A stretch of 61,281 nucleotides of DNA, filler included, from a candidate division TA06 bacterium SM23_40 (GTDB taxonomy: Bacteria > LJUI01 > SM1-40), in the NCBI GenBank assembly GCA_001303705.1. It is 5 parts of 5 records of this genome, joined end to end, with 100 filler letters (N's around TTAATTAATTAA, not from the genome) between each part and the next. Parts side by side here need not be neighbours in the genome. Positions count along the whole stretch, not along the records: positions 16,289 to 34,373 come from LJUI01000051.1; positions 34,474 to 50,209 come from LJUI01000052.1; 3 more parts are not named here. One strand, given 5' to 3'. Both the position numbers and the translations under genes were made by a program. Below, piece after piece: positions 29,728 through 39,682 of the stretch. Under the pieces are notes generated by a model. That model saw only the letters and a list, made by a program, of their open reading frames with translations. It was not told the DNA's origin and did no database searches. Positions within the stretch are counted from its first letter, which is position 1. Every line of letters begins with the position of its first letter.

Positions 29728-30405
29728 CTATCGGTACCCCCTCCGCCCCAGGACCGCCCGCAGCTTCTCAAGGCATCTCGCCCTCGTCGGGCCCACGCTC
29801 CCCGGAGGGATACCGAGGCGCCGGCCGATTTCCTGATAGGAAAGCGGCTTCTCAAGATAGAATAGGTAGGTGATCATGCTCCGACAGCGTCTCGGCAACT
29901 GCTCTACTGCCCACCTGACAGTATTCTGCATCTCCAGCCGAACGAGTTCTTGCTCCGGCAGGGACCCCGAGACGACAGGATCTGTCATCTCGTACGCAGC
30001 CCCCGCACTATTCTCTTTTCTCCTCCGCTTCTCGACCACTGTCCAGGACATGCGAGAAGCCGTCGTCAGGAGCCACGTGCCGAGCTTGGACGTCTCTCTG
30101 AGCGTGTCGAGCTTCTCCAGAAGGACGAGACAGACAGTCTGAAAGATATCGTCCGCCTCGGAGCAGGTCGCACCGCATTTGAGGGCTACCGAGTAGATGA
30201 GCCGTCTGTACTTGAGGACGAGTTCCCCCCATCCTCTCTCGTCTCCCGCCAGACATCTCCGTATCAGCTCATCATCGGCAGAGAGTACGTGCTGCCGCCG
30301 GCCCCTCCGCTGCACATCCGAGTAGATAGCACGCGAGGAAGGTTCTTGCGCGATTCCCCCGTAGACGTCGAACGCATGACCGATATCGCCTGAATCACTG
30401 CTCAA
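29728..30405 (-). CDS. ECF sigma factor (start codon uncertain)
   Basis: DDELIRRCLAGDERGW, ADDIFQ, LGTWL (region 2); SYQEIGRRLGIPPGSVGPTRARCLEKL (region 4). Confidence 0.93.
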   Translation of the reverse strand: MSSDSGDIGHAFDVYGGIAQEPSSRAIYSDVQRRGRRQHVLSADDELIRRCLAGDERGWGELVLKYRRLIYSVALKCGATCSEADDIFQTVCLVLLEKLDTLRETSKLGTWLLTTASRMSWTVVEKRRRKENSAGAAYEMTDPVVSGSLPEQELVRLEMQNTVRWAVEQLPRRCRSMITYLFYLEKPLSYQEIGRRLGIPPGSVGPTRARCLEKLRAVLGRRGYR

Positions 30406-30605
30406 GGGTCAGCCCTCGTCCAGAACGCTCAATCCTGTATCCCTCCACACCGGGCCGGGCGGCACGCTGGAGAAATGAACAGTCCAGAAGAAGAGAGAAA
30501 CCCGCACTCCTTACAGAGAAGAGCGGGCCTACCTCATCAAGCTACTCACACGAGACATCTCCAGCCGATTCTGAGTGCAGCATCTCTCACGTTCACGACG
30601 AACCT

Positions 30606-30635
30606 ACCATACTCCACTTCCGCTGACCCTGTCAA
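30606..30635 (-). promoter_or_regulatory. Sigma70-type promoter for the ECF-CHAT operon
   Basis: TTGACA-18 nt-TATGGT. Confidence 0.6.
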
Positions 30636-30683
30636 CCAAAAAGTGAGGCTCACGGCGTCTTCTTCTCTCCGCGCTTCAGTCGT

Positions 30684-30872
30684 CATGCGCTTCACTCACT
30701 ACGCTTTATGTTTCACTCCTTCCGCCTCACTCTCTGCTCGTTGCGCTTCACACCTCACTCCTTACGCCTCACTCTGTGCCCGTTGCACTTCACCCCTCAC
30801 TCCTTACGCCTCGCCCCTCAGTCCTTACACTCCAGGCTCCACTCCTAACGCTCCACGCTTCACTCCTTACGC
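30684..30872. repeat. Degenerate heptamer array (~27 units) with a 42-nt higher-order repeat
   Basis: YTCACTC / CTTACGC units in an uninterrupted 7-nt register. Confidence 0.88.
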
Positions 30873-32351
30873 CCGACGTCTCGTGGTTGTCCCTTCACGT
30901 TTTCCACCTCTATCTTCGCCTTTCATCTCTATCCCGGCCAGCCGCCGGGCCATCGCCACCTTCTCGTCGATCCCTGCGTTGGCCCAGATGACGAGCTTCG
31001 CCCCATCAGGCGATCCACCTCCATGGTGGCACCCCGGTATGCCCGCACCAACAGTCAGCCACTCAACGAGGCGTGCTCCCCGAACGCGCGTCTCGGCATC
31101 CGATGCCGCCTTGAGATACTTCCGCACGAGCTCGCCGTATTCCTCGCTCTGGAAGTCCCTCCAGGACGGCATACAGCCGGTCTCACCGATTCCGCCGCAA
31201 ATGTCCTGCGCGATATTCCTCGTATCGCAGGGGAGCTTGGCGACCAGCACCTTGTTAACATTGGCGAGGAGCGGATCACAGATCCAGGAGCCGGAAGAGT
31301 GCTGTCGTCCCATGGCGGCCGCGGCGATTCCCAGGCCGAATGTCACCTCGTTGTTGATGCACATGTTGACGACCTTATCCCGGAACACCTTATCGGCCAA
31401 CCCATTAGCCCTCCCCACAAGCATCGCAGCCCCCACCATCACATCCCCCTGCCCGGCAACGCATGCGCCGATGGCGGATCTGTACGGCATGATGAAGTTC
31501 ATCACCGCGGGGAGTGTAAAGTCGCACTCCCCACACATGAAGACACGCTCCCGGGGAATGAAGACATCCTCGAAGAAGAGGTACCCCTGTGTGATGCCTC
31601 CTGCGTTGGAGGGGACATCAAACCCCTTCTCCAGATCTCTTAGATCGCTCGGATGTCTCGCCTCGACGATCGTGAGCCCCTCGGCATCTCGGGGGACGAC
31701 AAACGAGATCGCATAATCAGCATCCTCAGCGCCGTATCGCGAGCCGGGAAGGACGAAGATCTCATTCGCCGCCGCGGCCCCGGCAATCATAACCTTCGCG
31801 CCGCGCACTATGATCCCGTCATCGCGCCGTTCGACGACACGCAGATACATGTCGGGATCCGCCTGCTTCGAAGGCGGCAGCGTGCGGTCACCTTTCGGGT
31901 CAGTGAGAGCACCGCAGACTGCGATGTCCTCCGACTGCGCCCGGCGCAGCCAATCCATCAGTCGCGTGTGGTAGTCGGTGCCATGTTTCTCATCGATATC
32001 GTAGGTCACAGCCCACATCGAGTTGAGCCCCGTCCAGCCGACACAACGCCCACCCGTGCAGGTCCCCGTCAGGTTGAAGACGAATCTCTTCATGCGGGAG
32101 TTGGCAAACATGTCTTCCGGCTTGCGAAGTATCGAAAGATAACGAGAGATTCTCTCGCCGGTGAGATGAGACGTCGTCGTCATCATCTCTGCATATTCTC
32201 GATCGAGCGACGCCTCGTATATTCTCCCGTGGCCCTCAACAGTGCGCCTCGTGGCCGGGTGCGTTGTTACATCTTCGATCAGCTCCCCGAACTTGTAGAC
32301 ATTGGCACGGAGACCCCTGAGGCTCTCCTTATATTCCTCCTTCGTCTTCAT
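30867..32351 (-). CDS. 4-hydroxybutyryl-CoA dehydratase / 4-hydroxyphenylacetate 3-hydroxylase family flavoprotein
   Basis: EYKESLR, TGTCTGGRC, LTDPKGDR, IIVRGAK, FEDVFIP and HGGGSP motifs. Confidence 0.88.
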   Translation of the reverse strand: MKTKEEYKESLRGLRANVYKFGELIEDVTTHPATRRTVEGHGRIYEASLDREYAEMMTTTSHLTGERISRYLSILRKPEDMFANSRMKRFVFNLTGTCTGGRCVGWTGLNSMWAVTYDIDEKHGTDYHTRLMDWLRRAQSEDIAVCGALTDPKGDRTLPPSKQADPDMYLRVVERRDDGIIVRGAKVMIAGAAAANEIFVLPGSRYGAEDADYAISFVVPRDAEGLTIVEARHPSDLRDLEKGFDVPSNAGGITQGYLFFEDVFIPRERVFMCGECDFTLPAVMNFIMPYRSAIGACVAGQGDVMVGAAMLVGRANGLADKVFRDKVVNMCINNEVTFGLGIAAAAMGRQHSSGSWICDPLLANVNKVLVAKLPCDTRNIAQDICGGIGETGCMPSWRDFQSEEYGELVRKYLKAASDAETRVRGARLVEWLTVGAGIPGCHHGGGSPDGAKLVIWANAGIDEKVAMARRLAGIEMKGEDRGGKREGTTTRRRA

Positions 32352-32566
32352 CTCGGACCTCCTCCAGGGTTCCCGGCCTGCTGGCCGGGACGGATTCAGG
32401 GCGCCTCCTCCACGGCGACACGATCAGGCTCTCATGCTACCACGGCCGGTACAGGGGGCCAACCGATCAATGTGTGGGGGGAGGAGCGCACACATGCCCG
32501 CCGGAACGCAAATCGGGACGTCCTCCTCGACGCCCCTCCACTTCCTGTGCAGCGTATGGCCCGGTT

Positions 32567-33079
32567 CTATCCTCTGGCACCGCCGCCCGTCTCTCTCACA
32601 GAGACGATCGCCGATTTGTTGATGAGATAGACCTCATCGCCATGAGACAGACGTACGAACCTCTCGTCCAGATTCAGGAGGTCCTTCGTTCTCGATCCCT
32701 CCCTGGGAAGAAGACCGAATAATCGGCCCCCCACCCTGTAGCCACCGGCTACCTCGATCTCGACGTCGATCTTGCAGCTCAGACCATACAGTTCGTCGAC
32801 CTCTTCCTCGGCGGGTGCAGCGACGACGTGTATCCGACCGACGTTCAACAGTCGCGTACCCCCTTCCTCACGGAAGGCGAGAAATCCGCCCTCTTCCTTA
32901 AGGAGGTCGCTCATCCGCTCTCTTCCCGGACGCACCCGAGAACTCAAGTAGAGAAAGACCGACCCTTCACACCATTCCTTTCCGTCGAGAAACACCCGTA
33001 CCATCACCTCCCTCTTACTAACGCGCAGGTCCGGCTCCGGGATGTCAACCCCGCCCTCGTGCTCGTCGTCACCGATCAT
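32567..33079 (-). CDS. Hypothetical protein with two internal repeats (DUF6812-like)
   Basis: EGSVFL..RMSDLL..FL and GGRLF..RTKDLLN..FV repeats; GGAGG RBS; 36 nt after the pilT stop. Confidence 0.65.
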   Translation of the reverse strand: MIGDDEHEGGVDIPEPDLRVSKREVMVRVFLDGKEWCEGSVFLYLSSRVRPGRERMSDLLKEEGGFLAFREEGGTRLLNVGRIHVVAAPAEEEVDELYGLSCKIDVEIEVAGGYRVGGRLFGLLPREGSRTKDLLNLDERFVRLSHGDEVYLINKSAIVSVRETGGGARG

Positions 33080-33115
33080 GCCGTACCTCCATCAGGCCCT
33101 GGCCCGACGGTCGCT

Positions 33116-34195
33116 TCATGTGCTGGCCACGGGTGCCGATCTTCCCAGCATCGTCTCGAAGGCTGCCTTGTTCCTCGCCACCCGGAACGCCTCCTCCGGC
33201 GCGATCCTCCGTGCCTTGAGCAGATCCATGATCGCCTGATCCAGAAGCTGCATCCCCTCACCCTTCCCCGTCTGGATCGCCGACGGTATCTGGTACGTCT
33301 TCCCTTCACGGATCAGATTCGCTACTGCCGGCGTCACCCACAGGATCTCCACCGCTACTGCCCGCCGTCCGTCGATGGTCTTGAGGAGGTGCTGCGCGAT
33401 CACGCCCTTCAGTGACTCGCAGAGCATCGTCCTGATCTGCTCCTGCTGGTCGCTGGGAAATACGTTGATGATCCGGTCGACAGTCTTTGAGGCGCTGCTG
33501 GTGTGGAGAGTGGAGAAGACGAGGTGACCTGTCTCGGCTGCCGTGATCGCCAGCTCGATCGTCTCCAGATCGCGCATCTCGCCTACGAGGATGACGTCGG
33601 GATCCTCGCGGAGTGCGGCGCGGAGTGATGCGGCGAACGACCTAGTGTGCTTCCCGACCTCCCGCTGATTGACGAGGCACTGCTTGCTCTCGTGGACGAA
33701 CTCGATGGGATCCTCGATCGTGATGATATGATCGGATCTAGTAGTATTGATATGGTCGATGAGCGCAGCGAGCGTGGTCGATTTACCGCTACCCGTCGCG
33801 CCGGTGAAGACGATGAGCCCCTGGGGAAACTGGGTACACTTGAGGAGCTGAGGAGGCAGGCCGAGCTCCTCGAGTGACTTGATCTCGTTCGGGATGAGCC
33901 TGAAGACCGCCGTCAATCCATAGCGCCCATAGAAGACATTGGTACGGAATCGCGAAGCGATCGACTGCACCTCGTACGCGAAATCAAGCTCGAGGGCCTG
34001 TTCGAACCGACGCTTCTGCCCCTCGCTCATGATCTCATAGAGCATCTCCTTGTTACCGTCGTGGGTCGTGGGCTCCATGTCGAGGGGCTTGAGGATCCCG
34101 TGGATCCTGAGGATAGGTGGGTTGGTGGGCGACAGATGGAGGTCAGAACCCTCCCGATCGCGCAGGACCTCGAGGAGAGCATCGATCTTCGCCAT
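33116..34195 (-). CDS. pilT: Type IV pilus retraction ATPase PilT
   Basis: SDLHL, GATGSGKST, TIEDPIE, ALREDPD, GEMRD, AETGHLVFSTLHT, and an ANLIRE (AIRNLIRE-like) helix. Confidence 0.96.
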   Translation of the reverse strand: MAKIDALLEVLRDREGSDLHLSPTNPPILRIHGILKPLDMEPTTHDGNKEMLYEIMSEGQKRRFEQALELDFAYEVQSIASRFRTNVFYGRYGLTAVFRLIPNEIKSLEELGLPPQLLKCTQFPQGLIVFTGATGSGKSTTLAALIDHINTTRSDHIITIEDPIEFVHESKQCLVNQREVGKHTRSFAASLRAALREDPDVILVGEMRDLETIELAITAAETGHLVFSTLHTSSASKTVDRIINVFPSDQQEQIRTMLCESLKGVIAQHLLKTIDGRRAVAVEILWVTPAVANLIREGKTYQIPSAIQTGKGEGMQLLDQAIMDLLKARRIAPEEAFRVARNKAAFETMLGRSAPVAST

Positions 34196-34219
34196 CGTTA
34201 CCTCCCGGCGTCAGCCTCC

Positions 34220-34372
34220 TCAATCGAGGAGACTGACGTCGAAGTCGAACTCGTCCTGGTCGATAATGGTGTTCGGCGGGAGGCCGATCGTGACCCGAAA
34301 GGTGTAGGCCCCGAGGGGCGCGGTGAGAGGGATCTGGTGGGTCCGATGCCCCTGGATGACCTGCCCGGGCTG
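34220..34372 (-). CDS. C-terminal fragment of a protein ending in the shared C-terminal domain; 5' end lost in the gap
   Basis: Manual translation QPGQVIQGHRTHQIPLTAPLGAYTFRVTIGLPPNTIIDQDEFDFDVSLLD*. Confidence 0.8.
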   Translation of the reverse strand, partial: QPGQVIQGHRTHQIPLTAPLGAYTFRVTIGLPPNTIIDQDEFDFDVSLLD

Positions 34373-34373
34373 A

Positions 34374-34473
34374 NNNNNNNNNNNNNNNNNNNNNNNNNNN
34401 NNNNNNNNNNNNNNNNNTTAATTAATTAANNNNNNNNNNNNNNNNNNNNNNNNNNNNNNNNNNNNNNNNNNNN
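34374..34473. other. Artificial contig linker
   Basis: N-TTAATTAATTAA-N. Confidence 0.97.
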
Positions 34474-35025
34474 CTGTACATCGATGAAGACCTCGCTCGC
34501 GCGTGCGCCGGCCAGACCGGCATGCCAGTACATCCGCTTGTCCGGCATCATCACAATCCGGAAAGCAAGCTGGCCTGACTGCAACTCCCTGACGTCGAGG
34601 AGTTCGCGTGCGATATCCTGCGCCCGCGTTTCACTCACCTCCAACAGACGTCTCGATCCATTCGTCGCGGCGTACCACTGCCACTGCCCTGTGCCGGCGT
34701 CGATGCCCACGACCGACGAGACCCGGTCAGACTCATCGACCAACGAGACCACATAGTACCGCCCTGCCAGCTCGGGATAGGAGTGCACTAAGATCGCATC
34801 TCTCACCGTCGTCCCCGGCCGGATCGGAAGTCTCTCCACCACCTCCGGGCAGCGCTGCCCGTACGCCACGACCTCTGCCGCAAGCTCTGCAGCCGCCGAC
34901 CTCGCCATATCCGGGGCGATATCGCCAAACGCCGCCCCGACGCCCGCCAGTACCACGAGCAGGAGCAGCGCACATGCTGTCATGGTCCGGCGCCCACACA
35001 TCCCTATCCATTGCCAGTGTATCAC
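34474..35025 (-). CDS. Secreted hypothetical protein, N-terminal fragment; 3' end truncated by the gap
   Basis: Signal peptide (ALLLLVVLAGVGAAFG); upstream TTGACA-18 nt-TAATGT at 35106-35135. Confidence 0.7.
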
Positions 35026-35241
35026 CGCGTCCCTCCCTGTCTGTTGTCTTGCACTCCTCTCAGTTGTCCTGTGCCAGCATCACATCCGTGTAGCTCCATA
35101 CCCGTACATTACCACATTTTTTATGCACTTGTCAAGGAAATGCTCGCTCGTGCAGCCCATCCCCATCCCCTACGACCCTCTACGATCTCATATGGCAGTA
35201 CAACCATGCCGGAATGCAGCCCCCGGAGAACATGACCACTA

Positions 35242-38200
35242 TCAAGCTTCGATTCCGTCGATGACGTGCTCGATCGTTTCCCCCATCCTAGTCATCCAGT
35301 CGGCGGCCGTCTTCATGAGCTTCACTTCGGCACTCATCCCGGGTTCCGACCTGAACCCCAGGACCGCTGCCGGTCTGCCGAGATATTCGAGCAGAACCAC
35401 GTTGTCCGCCGCGACCGTCAACCGGTACACATCGCGAAGGCTACGAAGGAAATTGCTTCCCTGCTTCAGCACCGGCACCCATTCCCTGCAGCCAATGTCC
35501 ATCTTCCCGACTCTGTCGAGAAATCTCAGATTCACAGGAACGGAAAGACCGTACTTGGCTTTGCAGATGAGGCAGATCATTTCGATATCCCTCAATCCAC
35601 CCATTCCTTCCTTGATATCGAGTCCGCCCGGGATTTCTCCCGGCAGGTGGAAGAGCTCACCGTCTATCTCGCGAGCCTGCCGATGCCGAGATCTGATCTC
35701 TCCCGCCATCTGTTTAATGTAACTGTCACGTCGATTCAAAACGTATGGCTGGATGAGTTCTCGCTCGAATTTCCGCCCGAACGCCGAGCTTCCCACCACA
35801 AGTCGTGCTCCCAGAATTTGACTCTTGTCCACGAAGACATCCTCGCGGTCCTCTCCGAGTATCTCGTCGAGCTCTCGCTTCAGCACGACAAACCGGCCGA
35901 CGTAGTCCGCGAACCGATGATGCGGAAGTATCCCTCTTGCTGCGAGCTCCGCATTCATCTTCCGGACAACGTTCCTGCTATATTCAAGGATCTCAGGATC
36001 GTCTGAATCGAGCACAACGACCAAGTCGTAGTCGTCATCATATGCCCGTTCCCGCCCATGCCCGCCGGTCACGTAGATGGCCAGCTGATCGTCAGTGGCC
36101 ACGCTGCGACCCCATGTCCGGTTCACCTCTTGCCTGCTCACGTCGAAGAGAGTTGTCAGATATGTATCCGAGAATTCGGTGAATGCTCCGTTCGTCTCGA
36201 TGACCGGGACACCGGCGAGCGTCATCAACCCTACCCTGAAGAACTCCAGGTCATAGAACAGCCCCAACTTCTCGAAACGCTCATCCGGCGTCTCCGCCTG
36301 CTCGATCTCGCCCAGCACTCCCTTTGATACATCCTCGAGTTTTCCCCAATCGTCCAGCCCCCTCAAGTACTCGGGACGCTGTTCAAACACCCGATCGAAG
36401 CACCGCTCGAAGTACCTGCTGCTGCCGCAGCGAATCTGGATGAGATACTTGAGATTCGAATACGCCCTCGCCATCTCCTCGGTGCAGAGGTCCCAATCGA
36501 GCATCCCCAGAAGCTGCGCCTGGCGGTCGTGGCCGAGGCTCTTCAGCCACCTGTCCATCGCATCGGGGTAGAAGTGAAAGAATCTAACGAGAGGCTCTCC
36601 CCTGCAGGCCAATCTAGAGAGGTTGCGAAGGAACGCACTATTCACATCAGAGAGAAGCTGTCTGCTCACCACTTCTGGATGATATTTGGCCAGAATCGAC
36701 ACCAAAGTCATATTGGAAACGAAGTCCCAGTTCAAGAGTTCCCCGTACATCTCTATGAGAGCTGCCCGCTTTCTCTTCGGTTGGCGGTCGATGTCCTTGG
36801 TGAACCGCCTCAGCAGCAGGCCACCGTCCTCCTCGAGAGCGACGAGGAAGTCGTCCCAGTATCTGGTGCCCCTGAAGAACCTGGTCTCCCGGATGAGCTC
36901 TACTGCGAAGTTCTTGCCCGGTACGCCTCTCGCCTCCTCATCCTTTGCGTCCTCGATCATTCTGACGAAGACGCTCGTTGACGCGAGGTGCTTACGCACG
37001 TCCTCTACCAACCCACCCACCAATGACCTGGCGCCCTCCACGCATTCGTAGTAGTGAACCAATAGACGATCGCTGGCCGAGATCACCCCCAGCGAGTCGT
37101 AGCCCATCAAGCGGGCGACGTCGACGAGCCCCTGCCGGGCGTCGGGATCGTCGAGCCGTATCTCCTCCTCCTGGACGACGAGCATCTGATAGAGGTACCG
37201 GAATATCTCGAGGAAATCGAGGCACGACTCCAGTTCCCGGTAGATCGCGGTTCTCGCGGAGTCGACCTCCTTGAGCCTGTCGAGAATCTGCCACGCATTC
37301 GCCTCCCTGACTCCGTGGATCACCTTCTCTGCAGAGATCAGGCCCTTGATCATCCTCAGCCCATCATCCTTGGGATGGATCGCCCGCGCCCTCCGAGGAC
37401 CTCGGATCAGCGACCTGATCTCACCCAGGATGCCGCGCAGATATCCTTCGTGGTGCCGATTGTCTCGGTCCGGGTGATGGAAGTAACGACTCGTGATCGT
37501 CTCCACGAACCGCTCGAACAGCGGCCTGCTCCCAAGCATTGGAGCCGCTCCAAGCATCTCCGATATGATCACGAAGTCGCATATCTCCTTGCCGAGCAGC
37601 GCCTCGTACTCCGCCAGAGATGCCGAATACCGTTCGTCTCCGACATGTTCTGAGAGATGAAAGTGGAGATTGCACGCCCGCCGCAACATCTCAGCTGCCA
37701 GCCGACCGACGGCCCGATTGAACCCCGCTGTGTCTCCTTCTCCCTCGGTTATGATCCCTACATCGATATCATCCTGGTCGGATCTCGTCCCTACTCCACA
37801 GATCACATATTCCGGGGCCTGCACACCCTCAAGGAAGAGCAATAGTAGCCTCCCCATGTAGCTCGCCGTCAGCCTCCGAAACTGAGCACCCACGTGGAGC
37901 ATGAACGGGCGATATGTCACAGCTCTGCTGTACTCCTCAGCGAGGGGGATCTTGAGAACATCGATCGCCGTGAGGTTCATGAGAAGAAACTGAAGTGAGT
38001 AGTAGCATCCCAGACACGAGAGCTGACTCTCGAGGCCGTCTGCGACTTCCAGGACCGTATCCATCTCTGCACCGACATCGTCCGCCCGGGTCCAGAGATG
38101 GACCGCCCCAACTCTCCCTCTCCCCTCGAGCCTCGCATACAGATCCTCAATGTGGCTCTCTACGAATCCGAGGAATTTTCTGTGGTGATTCCCGAGCTCA

Positions 38201-38274
38201 CCGGCTCGCTCTCTCAATTTCGCCAGCTGGTCCCTCACCGTAGCTCCCCCGTCACCCTGTCGATACGCCCGCAC
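35242..38274 (-). CDS. Large protein with two nucleotidyltransferase domains (GlnE-like architecture, divergent)
   Basis: GVGTRSDQDDIDV and GGHGRERAYDDDYDL motifs, followed respectively by HPKDDGLRMI and DIKEGMGGLRDIE helical domains. Confidence 0.75.
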   Translation of the reverse strand: MRAYRQGDGGATVRDQLAKLRERAGELGNHHRKFLGFVESHIEDLYARLEGRGRVGAVHLWTRADDVGAEMDTVLEVADGLESQLSCLGCYYSLQFLLMNLTAIDVLKIPLAEEYSRAVTYRPFMLHVGAQFRRLTASYMGRLLLLFLEGVQAPEYVICGVGTRSDQDDIDVGIITEGEGDTAGFNRAVGRLAAEMLRRACNLHFHLSEHVGDERYSASLAEYEALLGKEICDFVIISEMLGAAPMLGSRPLFERFVETITSRYFHHPDRDNRHHEGYLRGILGEIRSLIRGPRRARAIHPKDDGLRMIKGLISAEKVIHGVREANAWQILDRLKEVDSARTAIYRELESCLDFLEIFRYLYQMLVVQEEEIRLDDPDARQGLVDVARLMGYDSLGVISASDRLLVHYYECVEGARSLVGGLVEDVRKHLASTSVFVRMIEDAKDEEARGVPGKNFAVELIRETRFFRGTRYWDDFLVALEEDGGLLLRRFTKDIDRQPKRKRAALIEMYGELLNWDFVSNMTLVSILAKYHPEVVSRQLLSDVNSAFLRNLSRLACRGEPLVRFFHFYPDAMDRWLKSLGHDRQAQLLGMLDWDLCTEEMARAYSNLKYLIQIRCGSSRYFERCFDRVFEQRPEYLRGLDDWGKLEDVSKGVLGEIEQAETPDERFEKLGLFYDLEFFRVGLMTLAGVPVIETNGAFTEFSDTYLTTLFDVSRQEVNRTWGRSVATDDQLAIYVTGGHGRERAYDDDYDLVVVLDSDDPEILEYSRNVVRKMNAELAARGILPHHRFADYVGRFVVLKRELDEILGEDREDVFVDKSQILGARLVVGSSAFGRKFERELIQPYVLNRRDSYIKQMAGEIRSRHRQAREIDGELFHLPGEIPGGLDIKEGMGGLRDIEMICLICKAKYGLSVPVNLRFLDRVGKMDIGCREWVPVLKQGSNFLRSLRDVYRLTVAADNVVLLEYLGRPAAVLGFRSEPGMSAEVKLMKTAADWMTRMGETIEHVIDGIEA

Positions 38275-38303
38275 TGGTGACTAGCCGCTCCGTCTGCCGA
38301 AAC

Positions 38304-39143
38304 TCACCTGCCGAATCTCCCGATCTTGGCGTCGAGCACCGCAGGCAGCTCGAACTCACCATACCCCAGATAGTCGCGGTTGGCGAGCAACAGCTCCATC
38401 CCTTGTCGAACGCCTTCGACCAACCCGAAGACACGAGCAGTCTGTTCCAAATACGACCAGAATCCTTCCTGCTCCGTTTCACTTTGCAACAGAAAAAGTA
38501 TGTGCCGGACGTCCGGATGCATGCCATAGCCGCTCTCGACCACTGAGCTGAACCTCGGCGAGATGATCTTCTCGAGAAAGACATCCCACGGATGGGCGAC
38601 AGGCACCCGGATCTGAAATGTCTCTTCCCCGAGTCGGACCTCCTGAATGAGTGGCCCATCTTTCTCGAATGTCGAATAGTGAAGACGGTAAAACGGAGGA
38701 CGATAGATGTAATCGACATTGATCCACTTCGAACAGATTCGCCACGCGGTATGTAAGCTGGCGATCCCCGCTCCGCGCATTAGTTGATCGTCGTATGCAA
38801 CGACTCTCACCCCGCCTGGAGGCCGCCGGTCCGCGAAGGTTTCGACCGCCTCCTCTGACGGAAAGAGCAGATCTATGTCCCACAGTGCAGTAAAACGCAA
38901 ACGCTCCCTCAGCACAAGCGAGAGAGCGCCTACGATGATGAAAGGCTCGACCATCCCTTCCCAGAGACCAGACAGCTCGGCGAGTATCGAGATGAGATCG
39001 CGACGGCGCTCCGGGTCGACGAACACACACCAGGAGGGAGGAATCGGCAACCGCGGGTGCTGACCATCCATCGTCACATCCACAGTCCCCATCGTCATCG
39101 CCTCGATCTTCCTGGCACGTCGGCCCCTAGCCACCCTGAGCAC
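38304..39143 (-). CDS. Small nucleotidyltransferase-fold protein (start may be ~39098)
   Basis: IIVGALSL..R.T..WDIDLL, then INVD and LEK motifs typical of AbiEii/pol-beta-like NTases. Confidence 0.6.
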   Translation of the reverse strand: MLRVARGRRARKIEAMTMGTVDVTMDGQHPRLPIPPSWCVFVDPERRRDLISILAELSGLWEGMVEPFIIVGALSLVLRERLRFTALWDIDLLFPSEEAVETFADRRPPGGVRVVAYDDQLMRGAGIASLHTAWRICSKWINVDYIYRPPFYRLHYSTFEKDGPLIQEVRLGEETFQIRVPVAHPWDVFLEKIISPRFSSVVESGYGMHPDVRHILFLLQSETEQEGFWSYLEQTARVFGLVEGVRQGMELLLANRDYLGYGEFELPAVLDAKIGRFGR

Positions 39144-39678
39144 GCTTGGCGGCTTCTATCCCTGCATGGAAAGCTTTGAGGTTGAGCTCCTCTGTTCCCT
39201 TCGGCACCCGGGCAAGGATTGCCGACTCGACGCCCTCGATTGAGACGATTCGGGACAGCTCTGTGATCGCACCGATGGCGACTATGTTGGCCACAAGCGA
39301 ACGTCCGACCTCTTTCTCGGCGATTTCAGCAAACGGTATGTCGACGATTCTGAACGTGCCGGCTGGAGGATTCGGCACCAGCGAACCATCGACAAGCAGA
39401 ATCCCATTCTCCCTCAGATGGCCCACATACTTATCACAGGCTTCCTGTGTGAGAGCGAGAAGGAGATCGAGTTGTTCCGCCTTCGGATAGTCGATATCCT
39501 CATCGCTTATTATCACCTCTGATCGACTCGCACCACCTCTCGCCTCGGGTCCATAGGACTGGCTTTGAGTTGCGTTCTTGCCGTCGTAGATCGCCGCCGC
39601 CTCGGCCAGCACCTTCCCCGCCAGTATGAGACCCTGCCCCCCGGAACCGCTCAGACGGATCTCGAACCTGAAACTCAT
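39127..39678 (-). CDS. korC: 2-oxoacid:ferredoxin oxidoreductase gamma subunit
   Basis: GSGGQG and QSYGPEARGGAS motifs. Confidence 0.93.
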   Translation of the reverse strand: MSFRFEIRLSGSGGQGLILAGKVLAEAAAIYDGKNATQSQSYGPEARGGASRSEVIISDEDIDYPKAEQLDLLLALTQEACDKYVGHLRENGILLVDGSLVPNPPAGTFRIVDIPFAEIAEKEVGRSLVANIVAIGAITELSRIVSIEGVESAILARVPKGTEELNLKAFHAGIEAAKRAQGG

Positions 39679-39682
39679 CTCC

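Noticed and set aside
34220-35025. Joining the two gene fragments on either side of the gap into one protein
   Set aside because: Orientation is compatible, but the linker gives no evidence that the contigs are adjacent.
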